The notes below the pieces were generated by a model. It was not told the origin of the DNA. It worked only from the letters and a program-made list of their open reading frames with translations, and did not search any database. From positions 96,001 to 160,000 of the forward strand of contig CAVVXN010000003.1 of NCBI GenBank assembly GCA_963752285.1: DNA of 64,000 bases, read 5' to 3'. The position numbers and the translations under genes were made by a program. The DNA is from an uncultured Planctomycetota bacterium (GTDB lineage: Bacteria; Planctomycetota; PLA2; JAEUHO01). Within the stretch, counting starts at the first letter, position 1; every line of letters begins with the position of its first letter. Below, one piece after another: positions 1-9,207 of the stretch.

Positions 1-201
1 CAGCGTGAGGAAGAGGTTCGTCATGTCCACGCCGCCGAGCAGGAGCCCGAGCGGCGGCATGATCAGGTCCTTCACGATCGAGCTCACGACGGTCGTGAAG
101 GCGGCCCCGATGATGATGCCGACCGCCAGGTCGAGCGCGTTGCCGCGCGCCGCGAACTTCTTGAACTCCGCGAGGAACCCACCCACGGACGATCTCGACA
201 T
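1..201 (-). CDS. mscL: Large-conductance mechanosensitive channel MscL (5' part, truncated by window edge)
   Basis: Manual translation from ATG at 201: [67 protein letters not shown], the MscL N-terminal signature. GAGGAG SD upstream. Not in the ORF track because it runs off the edge. Confidence 0.95.
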   Translation of the reverse strand, partial: MSRSSVGGFLAEFKKFAARGNALDLAVGIIIGAAFTTVVSSIVKDLIMPPLGLLLGGVDMTNLFLTL

Positions 202-529
202 GGCCACACTCCTCATCCGACGCCAGGGGCCGGACCTGTAGCACGCCGGCCGGTCCGCGCCCAGCGGGCCGATCGGCACGCGAGTGCCGAAGCGCCGGAC
301 GTCCGGCAAAACCGACCCGCAAGTCGGCGTTGGGAGCGAGGCCCCGGGCCCCGCCCCCCCGCGTCTTTGGGGAGCCCGAGCACGCGGCGCACGGCTCGGT
401 CGCCATGGGTTCTCGACGCCTTCTCGACGGTCGTTCTCCCGTATGAGGAGACCGTCGGTGCCGACGAGGCGCCGACCCGCGCCCGCCGACTCGACGAGGG
501 AGCCTCTGACCTTGCCGTACGCTCTGGCC

Positions 530-1974
530 ATGCCGAGGGGTGGGATCCGCCTGGGTCGGGGGGCCGTGGTCCTCGCGTTCGGAGTGATCCTCCTGCGTGC
601 CCGGGAGCCGGCGCGGGCCGGGCCTGCGACACTCGAGGTCGGCTACGAGACCACGCGGCTCCTCGGGCCGCTCACCCCGGACGGCCTCGTCGACTACGCC
701 GCGGCGCTCAACGTGGCGGGCGCGCCGCCGGCGGACGAGAACCTCGCGATCCCCATCCTCAGGATCTTCGGAACCGACGTCCTCAGAGGGGATCGCGAGG
801 CGGTGCTCGCGTCCCTCCACGCGCCGGCCGACCTGCCTGCGGTGGGAGGATCGCCGACTCGAGCTGCCTCCTCGCGCCGGCGCTCGACGAGCACCCGGGA
901 GCCCGGGACGAGGCTCTGGACGTGCTGCGGCGCGAGGTGCGCCGGCCCCGGATGTGGTGGCCGGTCGTCGCCGACCCGACGAGCGGCGTCCTCCAGTCCG
1001 CCCTGCCCTCGGAGCACCTCTCGGCCCTCGCGGCCGCCCTGGCGCGGAGGGCGAACGACCGGTGGGCGCAGGGGAGCCTGTCCGAGAGCTGGGGCGACGT
1101 GCGGGCGCTGCTTCGCCTGGGGGGCCTCGTCGAGGACCTGCCGGGGGTCTCCGCGCGATTCCTGGCGTCGGGGATCCTCCGCGACGCCATGGACTGGTTC
1201 GTCCGTTCCCTCGAGTCGGGTGCAGCCGACGAGGCGCTCGCTGCCGCGATGCTCGAGGCTCTTCTTCATCCGCCGGTCCCCGGCGACCTCGCTCACGACG
1301 CCGACGGCATCGATCGCTACCTCCTGTTGAACGCGTTGATCCAGGGTGTCGAGGAGCGTGCGCACCCCGGATCGGGCCCGGGGGCGCGAGGTGGACACGC
1401 CGCCCTCGCCGGGGCACTGAGACAGGTCAACCGTGTCTTCGACGAGGTGGTCCCCCTCCTCCGCGTGCCCACGCGTGAGACCGAGGCGACGGTGGATGCG
1501 CGCGTGGAAGCCCACATGGCCCGCGCGGACGAGCTGGCGAGGCTTCGCTCGGGCGCCGACTCCGACGCCTCCTTCGTCGAGCTCCTGATCGCCGGGGGAA
1601 CGCGAGCCGGGCCCCTCGTCGGAGAGGTCGCCGCCGCGATGTCCCTGCACCTGTTCGCGCTCGCCGCGCGAGACAGGTAAGCGCTGGAGCTCGAGCGGCG
1701 ACGACTGGTCCTCTCGCTCGCCCTTCGCCTCTTCGGGCTCCGCCACGGCGCGTTCCCGGAGACCCTGGAGTCGCTGGTCCCCGCCCCGCTGGCCGCGCTC
1801 CCCACGGACCCGCGGGACGGGACGCCCCTCCCCTACGCGCGCACCCCGGACGGGTGCGTCGTTGGCGACGGGGAGACGGCGATCCACCTCACGTCCTCGG
1901 TCCGGACTCCGCGTCCGAGCGCGAACCCGGAGCCCGCGACCGCCGGCGCGATCCACGGGCCGCCGCCCCGGTGA
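530..1974 (+). pseudogene. Disrupted planctomycete-type exported hypothetical protein (frameshift near 848, in-frame TAA at 1678-1680)
   Basis: [18 protein letters not shown]...ETTRLLGPLTPDGLVDYAAALN in one frame. Protein-like sequence continues in the 367..1680 frame from about 850. After the TAA the same frame reads ALELERRRLVLSLALRLFGLRHGAFPETLESLVPAPLAALPTDPRDGTPLPY to TGA at 1972-1974. Confidence 0.7.
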
Positions 1975-2048
1975 GATCCGACGTGGCGGCGCGAGGGACC
2001 GGGTGCGCCACCGCGGCGCCTCCCCCGCGCGGTGCGGCCGGTGGCCCC

Positions 2049-3440
2049 TCAGGCGGGGAAGAGGAGAGTCAGGGCGTGCGCGCGGAGGGCCTGGAGCGAC
2101 GTCACGTGCTCGGCGGCGTGCGGGTCGGACGAGACGAGGCACGGGCCGTCGTCGGGGTCGGCCGGCGGGACGCCGTGGCTCCCCTGGACGAGCGAGGGGT
2201 CGAGCGGCACGACGTCCAGGAGGTAGCGGAAGCCGAGGGCCTTCCTCGCGAGGCGCGAGAGGACGCGGAGCCTCGGGAACCGGATCGTGGGGTCCACGAA
2301 GAGCTCGAGCGGGTCGTAGCCGGGCTTTCGGTGGATGTCTACCGTTCGCGCGAAGTCGGGCGCGCGCTTCTCGTCGAGCCAGTACGGGTAGGCGAACCAC
2401 GCGTCCCGCTCGGCGAGGAGCACGAGGTCGCCCGACCGCGCGTGGTCGAGGCCGGCCGCACGAAGCGTCTCGCCCTCGAGCACCTCGGCGACGCCGGGCT
2501 CGGCCCGGAGGAGGTCGCGGACGCGCGCGCGGTCGGAGGGGTTCTCGACGTACACGTGCGCCACCTGGTGGTCGCACACGGCGAACGCGCGGCTCTCGAA
2601 CGTGTCGAGGAGCTCGCCGAAGGGCCCGTCGCGGACCGCGAGGAGCCCGGCCGTCCGGAGCGCCTGGTTCGGGAGGACCGCGCGGGACACCGCCTGGATC
2701 CCGTACTCCGAGAAGGCGACGACCTCGGCGCCGATGTCGCGCGCGGCGTCGAGCACGACGCCCGCCGCCTCGTCCGCCTCCGCGACCCGACGGGGCACGT
2801 CCGCGTGGTCCGGTCCGAACCGCTGCAGGTCGTAGTCGAGGTGCGGCAGGTAGACGAGCGTCAGGGTCGGACGGCGCTCCCGGAGCACGCGGGCCGCGGC
2901 CTCGGCGATCCACCGCGACGATGCGAGGCCCGCGTGGGGGCCCCAGAACGAGAAGAACGGGAAGCGGCCGAGCGCCCGTTCGAGGTCCGGCGCGAGGTCC
3001 GGCGGCCGGCCGTGGACGCCGAACACCTTCGCGCCGTCCGCCCCGTACCAGGGCTTCGGCGTCACGGCGAAGTCCACGGGCGCCCCCTGGTTGAACCACC
3101 AGAAGAGCTTCGCCGACGAGAACGCCGCCCCGCGGCGGCGCGCCGCCGCCCGGGCGGCCGCGTACAGGCACTCGCCTCGGATCAGCGCGTTCGACTGGAG
3201 CCAGAAACGCACCTCGCCGGTCTCCCGGTACAGCCAGCCGTTCCCGACTACCCCGTGCCCCGACGGGGGCAGGCCCGTCAGCGCGGTCGCCTGCGCGGTA
3301 CACGTGAGGGCGGGCAGGACGCCCCGGAGGGACCGCGCGCTGCCCGACCGGGCCAACGCCGAGAGTCGGGGCGCGTGCGGCAGGAGGCGCGACGTCAGAC
3401 CGACGACGTCCAGCCAGACCAGAGGGCGGGGCCCGTCCAC
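2049..3440 (-). CDS. Alkaline phosphatase superfamily / type I phosphodiesterase-nucleotide pyrophosphatase (EboF-like)
   Basis: LDVVGL, PALTCTAQAT nucleophile region, HGVVGNGW, YLPHLDYDLQRFGP, SEYG, GSHG motifs. Confidence 0.9.
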   Translation of the reverse strand: MDGPRPLVWLDVVGLTSRLLPHAPRLSALARSGSARSLRGVLPALTCTAQATALTGLPPSGHGVVGNGWLYRETGEVRFWLQSNALIRGECLYAAARAAARRRGAAFSSAKLFWWFNQGAPVDFAVTPKPWYGADGAKVFGVHGRPPDLAPDLERALGRFPFFSFWGPHAGLASSRWIAEAAARVLRERRPTLTLVYLPHLDYDLQRFGPDHADVPRRVAEADEAAGVVLDAARDIGAEVVAFSEYGIQAVSRAVLPNQALRTAGLLAVRDGPFGELLDTFESRAFAVCDHQVAHVYVENPSDRARVRDLLRAEPGVAEVLEGETLRAAGLDHARSGDLVLLAERDAWFAYPYWLDEKRAPDFARTVDIHRKPGYDPLELFVDPTIRFPRLRVLSRLARKALGFRYLLDVVPLDPSLVQGSHGVPPADPDDGPCLVSSDPHAAEHVTSLQALRAHALTLLFPA

Positions 3441-3513
3441 CCGGGCATCCTACGGACCCGTGGTCCCGTACGATGGTCGAAGCCGCGGCGCCGGGTCGCG
3501 GCCGGGAGGCCCC

Positions 3514-3801
3514 ATGGCCAGGTTGTTCGTGGAGGACGAGGACCGGAGCTACCTCCTGGACCTCGCGCCCGGCGAGTCCGCGGTCCTCGGGCGGAGCGCG
3601 GGCGCCGACGTGCCGCTCGCGGCTCCGCGCGCCTCACGGCGGCACGCCGAGATCGTGGCGCGCGGCGAGGCCCACGCGGTCGTGGACCTCGGCTCGACGA
3701 ACGGGACGCTCTTGAACGGGGCGCCCTTCGCCGGAGCGGGGGACCTCTCCGACGGCGACGTGATCGACGCCGCCGGCTGTCGGATCACGTACCGGCGGTG
3801 A
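3514..3801 (+). CDS. Small stand-alone FHA domain protein
   Basis: LGRS...ASRRHAEI...DLGSTNGT..NG FHA motifs. GGGAGG SD before ATG 3514. Confidence 0.9.
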   Translation: MARLFVEDEDRSYLLDLAPGESAVLGRSAGADVPLAAPRASRRHAEIVARGEAHAVVDLGSTNGTLLNGAPFAGAGDLSDGDVIDAAGCRITYRR

Positions 3802-5000
3802 GCGCGCCCGTCGCCTGGGTCCGGCTCGACGGCGAGCGTGTCTCGGTCCCCTGCGTGGGCCTCCCGTTCCGCATCGGGCGGGACCCGCGCTGCGACCTCG
3901 TGGTGGACCACCCCTGTGTCCGGCCTGGACACGCCCAGGTCCGGCGGCCCCGGGGCGAATACCTCATCACGCCCGCCCGCGACGCCCGCGTGCTGGTGAA
4001 CGGCGCCGAGGTCGTCGTGCTGGTGTTGCGTCCGGGCGACGAGGTTCGCCTGGGGGGCGAGCCCGACGCCCCCCGCCTCCGGTTCGAGGACCGCATGGCC
4101 GACGCCTTCGTGCCGCCCGGCCACTCGTTCGCCGAGGGTTGGATCGCGCATCCGGCGTTCGCGACCGCGCCGGGACCCGACGCGTACGGCCCGGGCGCCC
4201 CGCTCGCGGGGCGGGACCCCGCCCGGTGCCGCCGCGTACCCGGACCGGACGGGCACGGCGACCTCGTCGTGAAGGTGCTGGGCGCGGTCCGGTCGCCCGC
4301 CGACGGCGACCACCACCTCCGCCTCCTCTCCCGGCTCGCGGGAGGCGTCGATCCCGGGGTCCAGCGGGTCGTGGACGGCGGCCTCGCCCCGGGGCCGCGC
4401 GGACCGGTCCGGTGGCTCGCCGCGCGCTTCGTCGAGGGCCGCGTCGCCTCGGAGGTGATCGCCCGACACGACGTCCTCGACGCGCGCGACCTCCTCGGCG
4501 CGCTCGTCTCGCTGGCGCGCGGTCTCGCCCACCTGCACGCGCGCGGGGTGCGCCACCGCGACGTGGCGCCGTCGAACGTGGTGCTCCGACCCGACGGTTC
4601 GGCCGCGCTGATCGACCCCGGGCACGCGGTCGTGGCGGACGACGCGCCGCCGGAGGGCCTCGCCGTCGTCGGCACGCCCGGCTACGTCGCGCCGGAGGGC
4701 GTCCTCGCCGGCGGGCCCCCCGCCACGACGGCCGCGGACGTGTACGGCCTCGCGGCCGTCGGCTACGCGCTGCTCGCCGGGCGGCCGCCGGCCGAGGGCG
4801 AGGACGTGCTCGAGACCCTCGCGCTCGCCGCGCGGGCGCCGCCCCCGCCGAGCACGCTCGGCGTCGAGGTGCCCCCCGTGCTCGAGCGCCTCCTGCTCGA
4901 GGCGCTCTCGGCCGACCCGGCCGCGCGGCCCGGCGCCGCCGCGCTCGCGGAGCGCCTGGCCGGGCTCGAGGACGCCCTCGCGGTCGGAGGCGGCGGATGA
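3798..5000 (+). CDS. FHA domain + Hanks-type Ser/Thr protein kinase
   Basis: GTGA overlap with the upstream stop. IGRDPRCDLVV..HA FHA-like region, then VVKVL, HRDVAPSNV, IDPG, GTPGYVAPE, DVYGLA. Confidence 0.85.
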   Translation: MSAPVAWVRLDGERVSVPCVGLPFRIGRDPRCDLVVDHPCVRPGHAQVRRPRGEYLITPARDARVLVNGAEVVVLVLRPGDEVRLGGEPDAPRLRFEDRMADAFVPPGHSFAEGWIAHPAFATAPGPDAYGPGAPLAGRDPARCRRVPGPDGHGDLVVKVLGAVRSPADGDHHLRLLSRLAGGVDPGVQRVVDGGLAPGPRGPVRWLAARFVEGRVASEVIARHDVLDARDLLGALVSLARGLAHLHARGVRHRDVAPSNVVLRPDGSAALIDPGHAVVADDAPPEGLAVVGTPGYVAPEGVLAGGPPATTAADVYGLAAVGYALLAGRPPAEGEDVLETLALAARAPPPPSTLGVEVPPVLERLLLEALSADPAARPGAAALAERLAGLEDALAVGGGG

Positions 5001-6211
5001 GCGACGTGTGGCTCCGAGGCGGGCCGCCGGTCCATCCCTTCGTCTACTCGAAGCGCATCCTCCGGACGGAGCGCGGGGCGAGGGACGGAGACGTCGTGCG
5101 CCTGAGGACCCGGGAGGGCCGGCCGGTCGGCTTCGGGTTCTGGCACGGCGGCTCGCTGATCGCGGTGCGCGTCCTCACGTACGACCCCGACCTCGTGCCC
5201 GACGAGGCGTGGCTCTCCGTCCGGATTCGGGAGGCCGAGGCGATCCGGCGCGACACGCTCCGGCTGCCGTCGCTGACGAACGCGTGGCGCGTCGTCCACG
5301 CGGAGGGGGACGGTCTCTCGGGGCTCGTCGTGGACCGGTACGGCGACGTGGCGTCCGTGCAGGTGTTCAGCCTCGGCTGGGCGCGGCGGCAGGACGAGGT
5401 GGCCCGTGTGCTCGTGCGCGAGACGGGCGTTCACGAGGTGGTGGTCCGCGCCGACGCGAAGGCGGCGCAGCACGAGGGGATGGCCCTCGCACCGCCTGCG
5501 CCGCGACCCCGGGTTCGCGTGGAGGAGCGCGGGGTGCGGTACTGGGTGGACCCCACGGGCGGTCACAAGACGGGCTTCTTCCTCGACCAGCGCGACAACC
5601 GCGCGTTCGTCGCCGCGCTCGCGAAGGGACGCGACGTGTTCGACGGCATGACGTACACGGGCGGGTTCGCCGTCGCGTGCGCCGCGGGCGGCGCCCGCGC
5701 GGTCCGCGGCATGGACCTCGACGAGGAGGCCGTGGCGCGCGCCGTCGAGAACGCGCGCGAGAACCGCGTGGACGTGCGGTTCGACCACGGCGACGTCTTC
5801 GACGCGCTCCGCGCGTACGTCCGGGTCCCCCCCTCCGACCGCCCGGAGGTCGTCGTCGTGGACCCCCCGAAGTGGGCCCGCGACCGCGCGGGGCTCGGCG
5901 CGGCCCTCCAGCGCTACCGCGACCTGAACCGCCTCGCGCTCGACGCCGTCCGCCCCGGGGGCGTCGTCTGCACCTGCTCGTGCTCCGGCCTCGTCTCGGA
6001 GGAGACCTTCCTCGACGTCGTACGCGCCGCGGCCCTCGACCTCGGTCGCGAGACGCGGGTCCTTCACGTCGGCGGCGCCGCGCCCGACCACCCCGTGGCC
6101 TTGTCGTTCCCGGAGGGTCGCTACCTGAAGTGCGTCGTGCTGGCCGTCGGTGCGCCCCGCTCGGGTCCCGGCGGGAGTGCGCAGGCGGGGCGCGGTCCCA
6201 CCGGTCCCTGA
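4997..6211 (+). CDS. Class I SAM-dependent rRNA methyltransferase (RlmI/YwbD-like)
   Basis: HPFVYS PUA-like start, EGDGLSGLVVDRY, GHKTGFFLDQRDNR, YTGGFA, VVDPPKW, TCSCS, FPEGRYLK. Confidence 0.92.
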   Translation: MSDVWLRGGPPVHPFVYSKRILRTERGARDGDVVRLRTREGRPVGFGFWHGGSLIAVRVLTYDPDLVPDEAWLSVRIREAEAIRRDTLRLPSLTNAWRVVHAEGDGLSGLVVDRYGDVASVQVFSLGWARRQDEVARVLVRETGVHEVVVRADAKAAQHEGMALAPPAPRPRVRVEERGVRYWVDPTGGHKTGFFLDQRDNRAFVAALAKGRDVFDGMTYTGGFAVACAAGGARAVRGMDLDEEAVARAVENARENRVDVRFDHGDVFDALRAYVRVPPSDRPEVVVVDPPKWARDRAGLGAALQRYRDLNRLALDAVRPGGVVCTCSCSGLVSEETFLDVVRAAALDLGRETRVLHVGGAAPDHPVALSFPEGRYLKCVVLAVGAPRSGPGGSAQAGRGPTGP

Positions 6212-6221
6212 CCCGAGCCCG

Positions 6222-6968
6222 TCAGCCGCGCTTCGCCTGGTTCGCGACGGCCTCTGCGGCGCGGCGCGCCGCCTCGGGGTCGCCGAGGTAGCGATGCGAG
6301 CGCGGGGTCAGGTCGTCCTCCAGCTCGTAGAGGAGGGGGATGCCCGTCGGGATGTTCAGGTCCGCGATCTCGTCGTCCGGGACCCGGTCGAGGTGCTTCA
6401 CGAGTGCGCGGAGGCTGTTTCCGTGCGCGGCGATCAGGACGCGTTCGCCGCGCGAGACCGCGGGCGCGATCTCGTCGTTCCACGCCGGGAGGAAGCGCGC
6501 CACCGTGTCCTTCAAGCACTCCGTCCGCGGGATCTGGTCGGGCGTGAGGTCGCGGTACCTCGGGTCGTGCCCCGGCCACATCGGGTCCGAGGGGTCGAGC
6601 GCCGGCGGGCGCACGTCGTAGCTCCGGCGCCACTGGTGCACCTGCTCCGCCCCGTGTCGCGCCGCGGTCTCGGCCTTGTCGAGGCCCTGGAGCGCGCCGT
6701 AGTGGCGCTCGTTCAGGCGCCAGCTCCGATGGACCGGGAGCCACATCAGGTCGAGCTCCTCCAGGACGATCCAGAGCGTCTTGATGGCGCGCTTCAGGAC
6801 CGACGTGTACACGACGTCGAAGCCGAGCCCCTCCTCGCGCAGGAGCGCGCCGGCCCGGTGGGCTTCCTGGATCCCCTTCTCGGAGAGGCCCACGTCCACC
6901 CACCCGGTGAAGCGGTTCGCCTGGTTCCAGACGCTCTCGCCGTGTCGGAGGAGTACGAGCGTCTTCAT
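6222..6968 (-). CDS. gpmA: 2,3-bisphosphoglycerate-dependent phosphoglycerate mutase
   Basis: [46 protein letters not shown]. Confidence 0.97.
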   Translation of the reverse strand: MKTLVLLRHGESVWNQANRFTGWVDVGLSEKGIQEAHRAGALLREEGLGFDVVYTSVLKRAIKTLWIVLEELDLMWLPVHRSWRLNERHYGALQGLDKAETAARHGAEQVHQWRRSYDVRPPALDPSDPMWPGHDPRYRDLTPDQIPRTECLKDTVARFLPAWNDEIAPAVSRGERVLIAAHGNSLRALVKHLDRVPDDEIADLNIPTGIPLLYELEDDLTPRSHRYLGDPEAARRAAEAVANQAKRG

Positions 6969-7043
6969 CCGGAGGGTCTCCCGTGGGGTACGTCCTGAAC
7001 CTGCCACGCCCCTCGGCGACCGGCAACCGGTGCGCGACGGAGC

Positions 7044-8690
7044 TCAGAGAACGATGGGGCGGGCGATGGGCATCCGCCAGCCGACCCCGAAGGCGGTGGG
7101 GGTGACCTTCAGTCCCGGCGCCATCTGCCGGCGCTTGTACTCGCTGGCCTCCACCATGCGGAGGACGCGCTCCGCGACGGCCGGGTCCTCGCCCCCCCGG
7201 ACGATCTCGGCGAGGCTCGCCCCGTCCTCGACGCGACGCCTCAGGATGCGGTCGAGGACGGGATACGGCGGCAGGCTGTCCTGGTCGGTCTGGTTCGGAC
7301 GCAGCTCCGCCGACGGCGCGCGCTCGACCGTGCGACGCGGCACGAGGCCTCGCGCGAGGTAGAGACGCGCGAGGTCGTACACGCGCGTCTTCCACACGTC
7401 CGAGATCACGGCGAGGCCGCCGCTCATGTCGCCGTAGAGCGTGGCGTAGCCGACCGCCATCTCGCTCTTGTTGCCCGTGGTCAGGACCATCGCGCCCAGC
7501 TTGTTGGACAGGGCCATCAGGATCGTGCCGCGTACGCGGGCCTGCAGGTTCTCCTCCGTGACGTCGAAGGGCCGGCCCCGGAACGACTCCTGGAGCGCGT
7601 CGAGGAACGCACCGTACGGCTCGCCGATCGGGATCGTGGTGAGCGCGACGCCCAGGGCAGAGGCCTGGAGCGTCGCGTCTTCCAGGCTGATGGGCGACGA
7701 GTACGGCCCCGGCATCGCGACGGCGCCCAGCCGGCTCGCCCCGAGCGCCTCGGCCGCGAGGCACAGGGTCACGGCCGAGTCGACGCCTCCCGAAAGGCCT
7801 ACGAGGGCGCGTTCGAAGCCCGTCTTCGCGAAGTAGTCGCGGATGCCCATCACGAGCGCCCGACGCAGCTCGTCTACGTCTCCCTCCTCGCGCGCCTCCA
7901 CCCCGACGGACGCGTCGGGCGGGGCGTTGGTGTCCACCACGCGGAAGTCCTCCTCGAACGACGCGAGTCGCGCGAGAGGCGTCCCGTTCCCGTCGAACAC
8001 CCGGCTCGTGCCGTCGAACAGTACGTCGTCGTTCCCGCCGACCTGCTGCGCGACGACGAGCGGCACGCCCATGCGACGCGCCTCGGCGGCGAAGAGCGAA
8101 CGTCGGTGCGCGTCCTTGCCCTGGTGGTAGGGCGACGCGGCGATCGCCACGGCGAGGTCCACGCCGAGTCGCGCCAAGTCGCCGGGCGGGTCGGCGTCGT
8201 GGAGGCGGCGGCCGCGGACGGACTCCTTCACCCAGAGGTCCTCGCACACGAGGAGTCCCACACGGCGACCGGCGACCTCGACGACGATCGGCACGCGTCC
8301 GGGCTCGAAGTACCGGTACTCGTCGAAGACGTCGTACGTCGGCAGCAGACGCTTCGCGTACACCGCCTCCACCGCGCCGTCGCGGAGCAGCACGGCCGCG
8401 TTCCAGAGGGCCCGTCCGGACGGGCGGGGATTTTGCACGATGGTCCCTACGACCGCCGGAGGGCCGCCCGAGAGCCCCCGGGCGAGCGTGGCGAGGCCCT
8501 CTCCCGCCGCCCGGACGAGCGAGGAGCGCAGGAGGAGGTCGCGCGGCGGATAGCCGACGACGGCGAGCTCCGGGACCACGAAGAGGTCCGCCCGCGCCTC
8601 GCGCGCCCGGGCGCCGGACTCGAGAATCCGGCGGACGTTCCCGGGCACGTCTCCCGGGGTCGTGTCGATCTGCGCCAGCGCCACCCGCAC
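7044..8690 (-). CDS. nadE: Glutamine-dependent NAD+ synthetase
   Basis: CN-hydrolase N-domain (PEL..GYPPRDL, KRLLPTYDVFDE, CEDLW) plus GLSGGVDS, ENLQARVRG, TGNKSE, GYATLYGD, PSAELRPNQTDQDSLPPY. Confidence 0.96.
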   Translation of the reverse strand: MRVALAQIDTTPGDVPGNVRRILESGARAREARADLFVVPELAVVGYPPRDLLLRSSLVRAAGEGLATLARGLSGGPPAVVGTIVQNPRPSGRALWNAAVLLRDGAVEAVYAKRLLPTYDVFDEYRYFEPGRVPIVVEVAGRRVGLLVCEDLWVKESVRGRRLHDADPPGDLARLGVDLAVAIAASPYHQGKDAHRRSLFAAEARRMGVPLVVAQQVGGNDDVLFDGTSRVFDGNGTPLARLASFEEDFRVVDTNAPPDASVGVEAREEGDVDELRRALVMGIRDYFAKTGFERALVGLSGGVDSAVTLCLAAEALGASRLGAVAMPGPYSSPISLEDATLQASALGVALTTIPIGEPYGAFLDALQESFRGRPFDVTEENLQARVRGTILMALSNKLGAMVLTTGNKSEMAVGYATLYGDMSGGLAVISDVWKTRVYDLARLYLARGLVPRRTVERAPSAELRPNQTDQDSLPPYPVLDRILRRRVEDGASLAEIVRGGEDPAVAERVLRMVEASEYKRRQMAPGLKVTPTAFGVGWRMPIARPIVL

Positions 8691-8762
8691 GGTCCGTCTC
8701 CGCTTCCCCGGCGCCGAGTCTACGGCCGCCGGATCCGCCTGGGTTTCGCGGCACCGGAGCCC

Positions 8763-8790
8763 TTGACGCCCCGGGGGGGAGGGGTATAGG
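8763..8790 (+). promoter_or_regulatory. Putative sigma70-type promoter of the acidic-protein gene
   Basis: TTGACG (8763-8768), 16 nt, TATAGG (8785-8790). GAGGAGG SD at about 8828-8834. Confidence 0.45.
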
Positions 8791-8841
8791 TACCCGCCGC
8801 GACGGGGATCCCCCCCGTCCGGTACCCGAGGAGGCGTCGCG

Positions 8842-9201
8842 ATGGCGTCGAGCCTGTTCGCTTGGGAGATCGACCATCTGTCCTGGCCCTTCGTGCCGTA
8901 CCTCGGCCGGGAGGACGAAGAGGAGGAGCTGGACGAGGACGAGGAGGACGAAGACGACGTCGACGACGAGGAGGAAGAAGAGGACGACGAAGAGCTCGAG
9001 GAGGAAGAGGAAGAAGAAAAAGAAGAGGAAGAGGAAGAGGAAGAGGAGGAGGACGAGGAAGAAGAGGACGAGGAGCCCGACGACGACGAAGAAGAGGACC
9101 TCGAGGACCTCGAAGAGGAAGAAGAGGACGAGGACGACGACTTCGAGGACGACGACGACGACTGGGACGACGACGACGACGACGACGACTGGGACGACTG
9201 A
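8842..9201 (+). CDS. Small hyper-acidic (Asp/Glu-rich) protein of unknown function
   Basis: 23-aa aromatic/hydrophobic N-terminus followed by about 95 residues that are almost all D/E. Strong SD; fills the gap between nadE and rnd exactly. Confidence 0.75.
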   Translation: MASSLFAWEIDHLSWPFVPYLGREDEEEELDEDEEDEDDVDDEEEEEDDEELEEEEEEEKEEEEEEEEEEDEEEEDEEPDDDEEEDLEDLEEEEEDEDDDFEDDDDDWDDDDDDDDWDD

Positions 9202-9207
9202 CCCGCG

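Noticed and set aside
5..241. 78-aa + strand ORF
   Set aside because: Antisense shadow of mscL.
1678..1680. Stop-codon recoding (Sec/Pyl or alternative genetic code)
   Set aside because: The codon is TAA, the gene also has a frameshift, and TGA, TAG and TAA all end normal genes in this window.
2049..3440. ebo gene cluster
   Set aside because: Only an EboF-like phosphodiesterase is present; no other ebo-like genes are adjacent.
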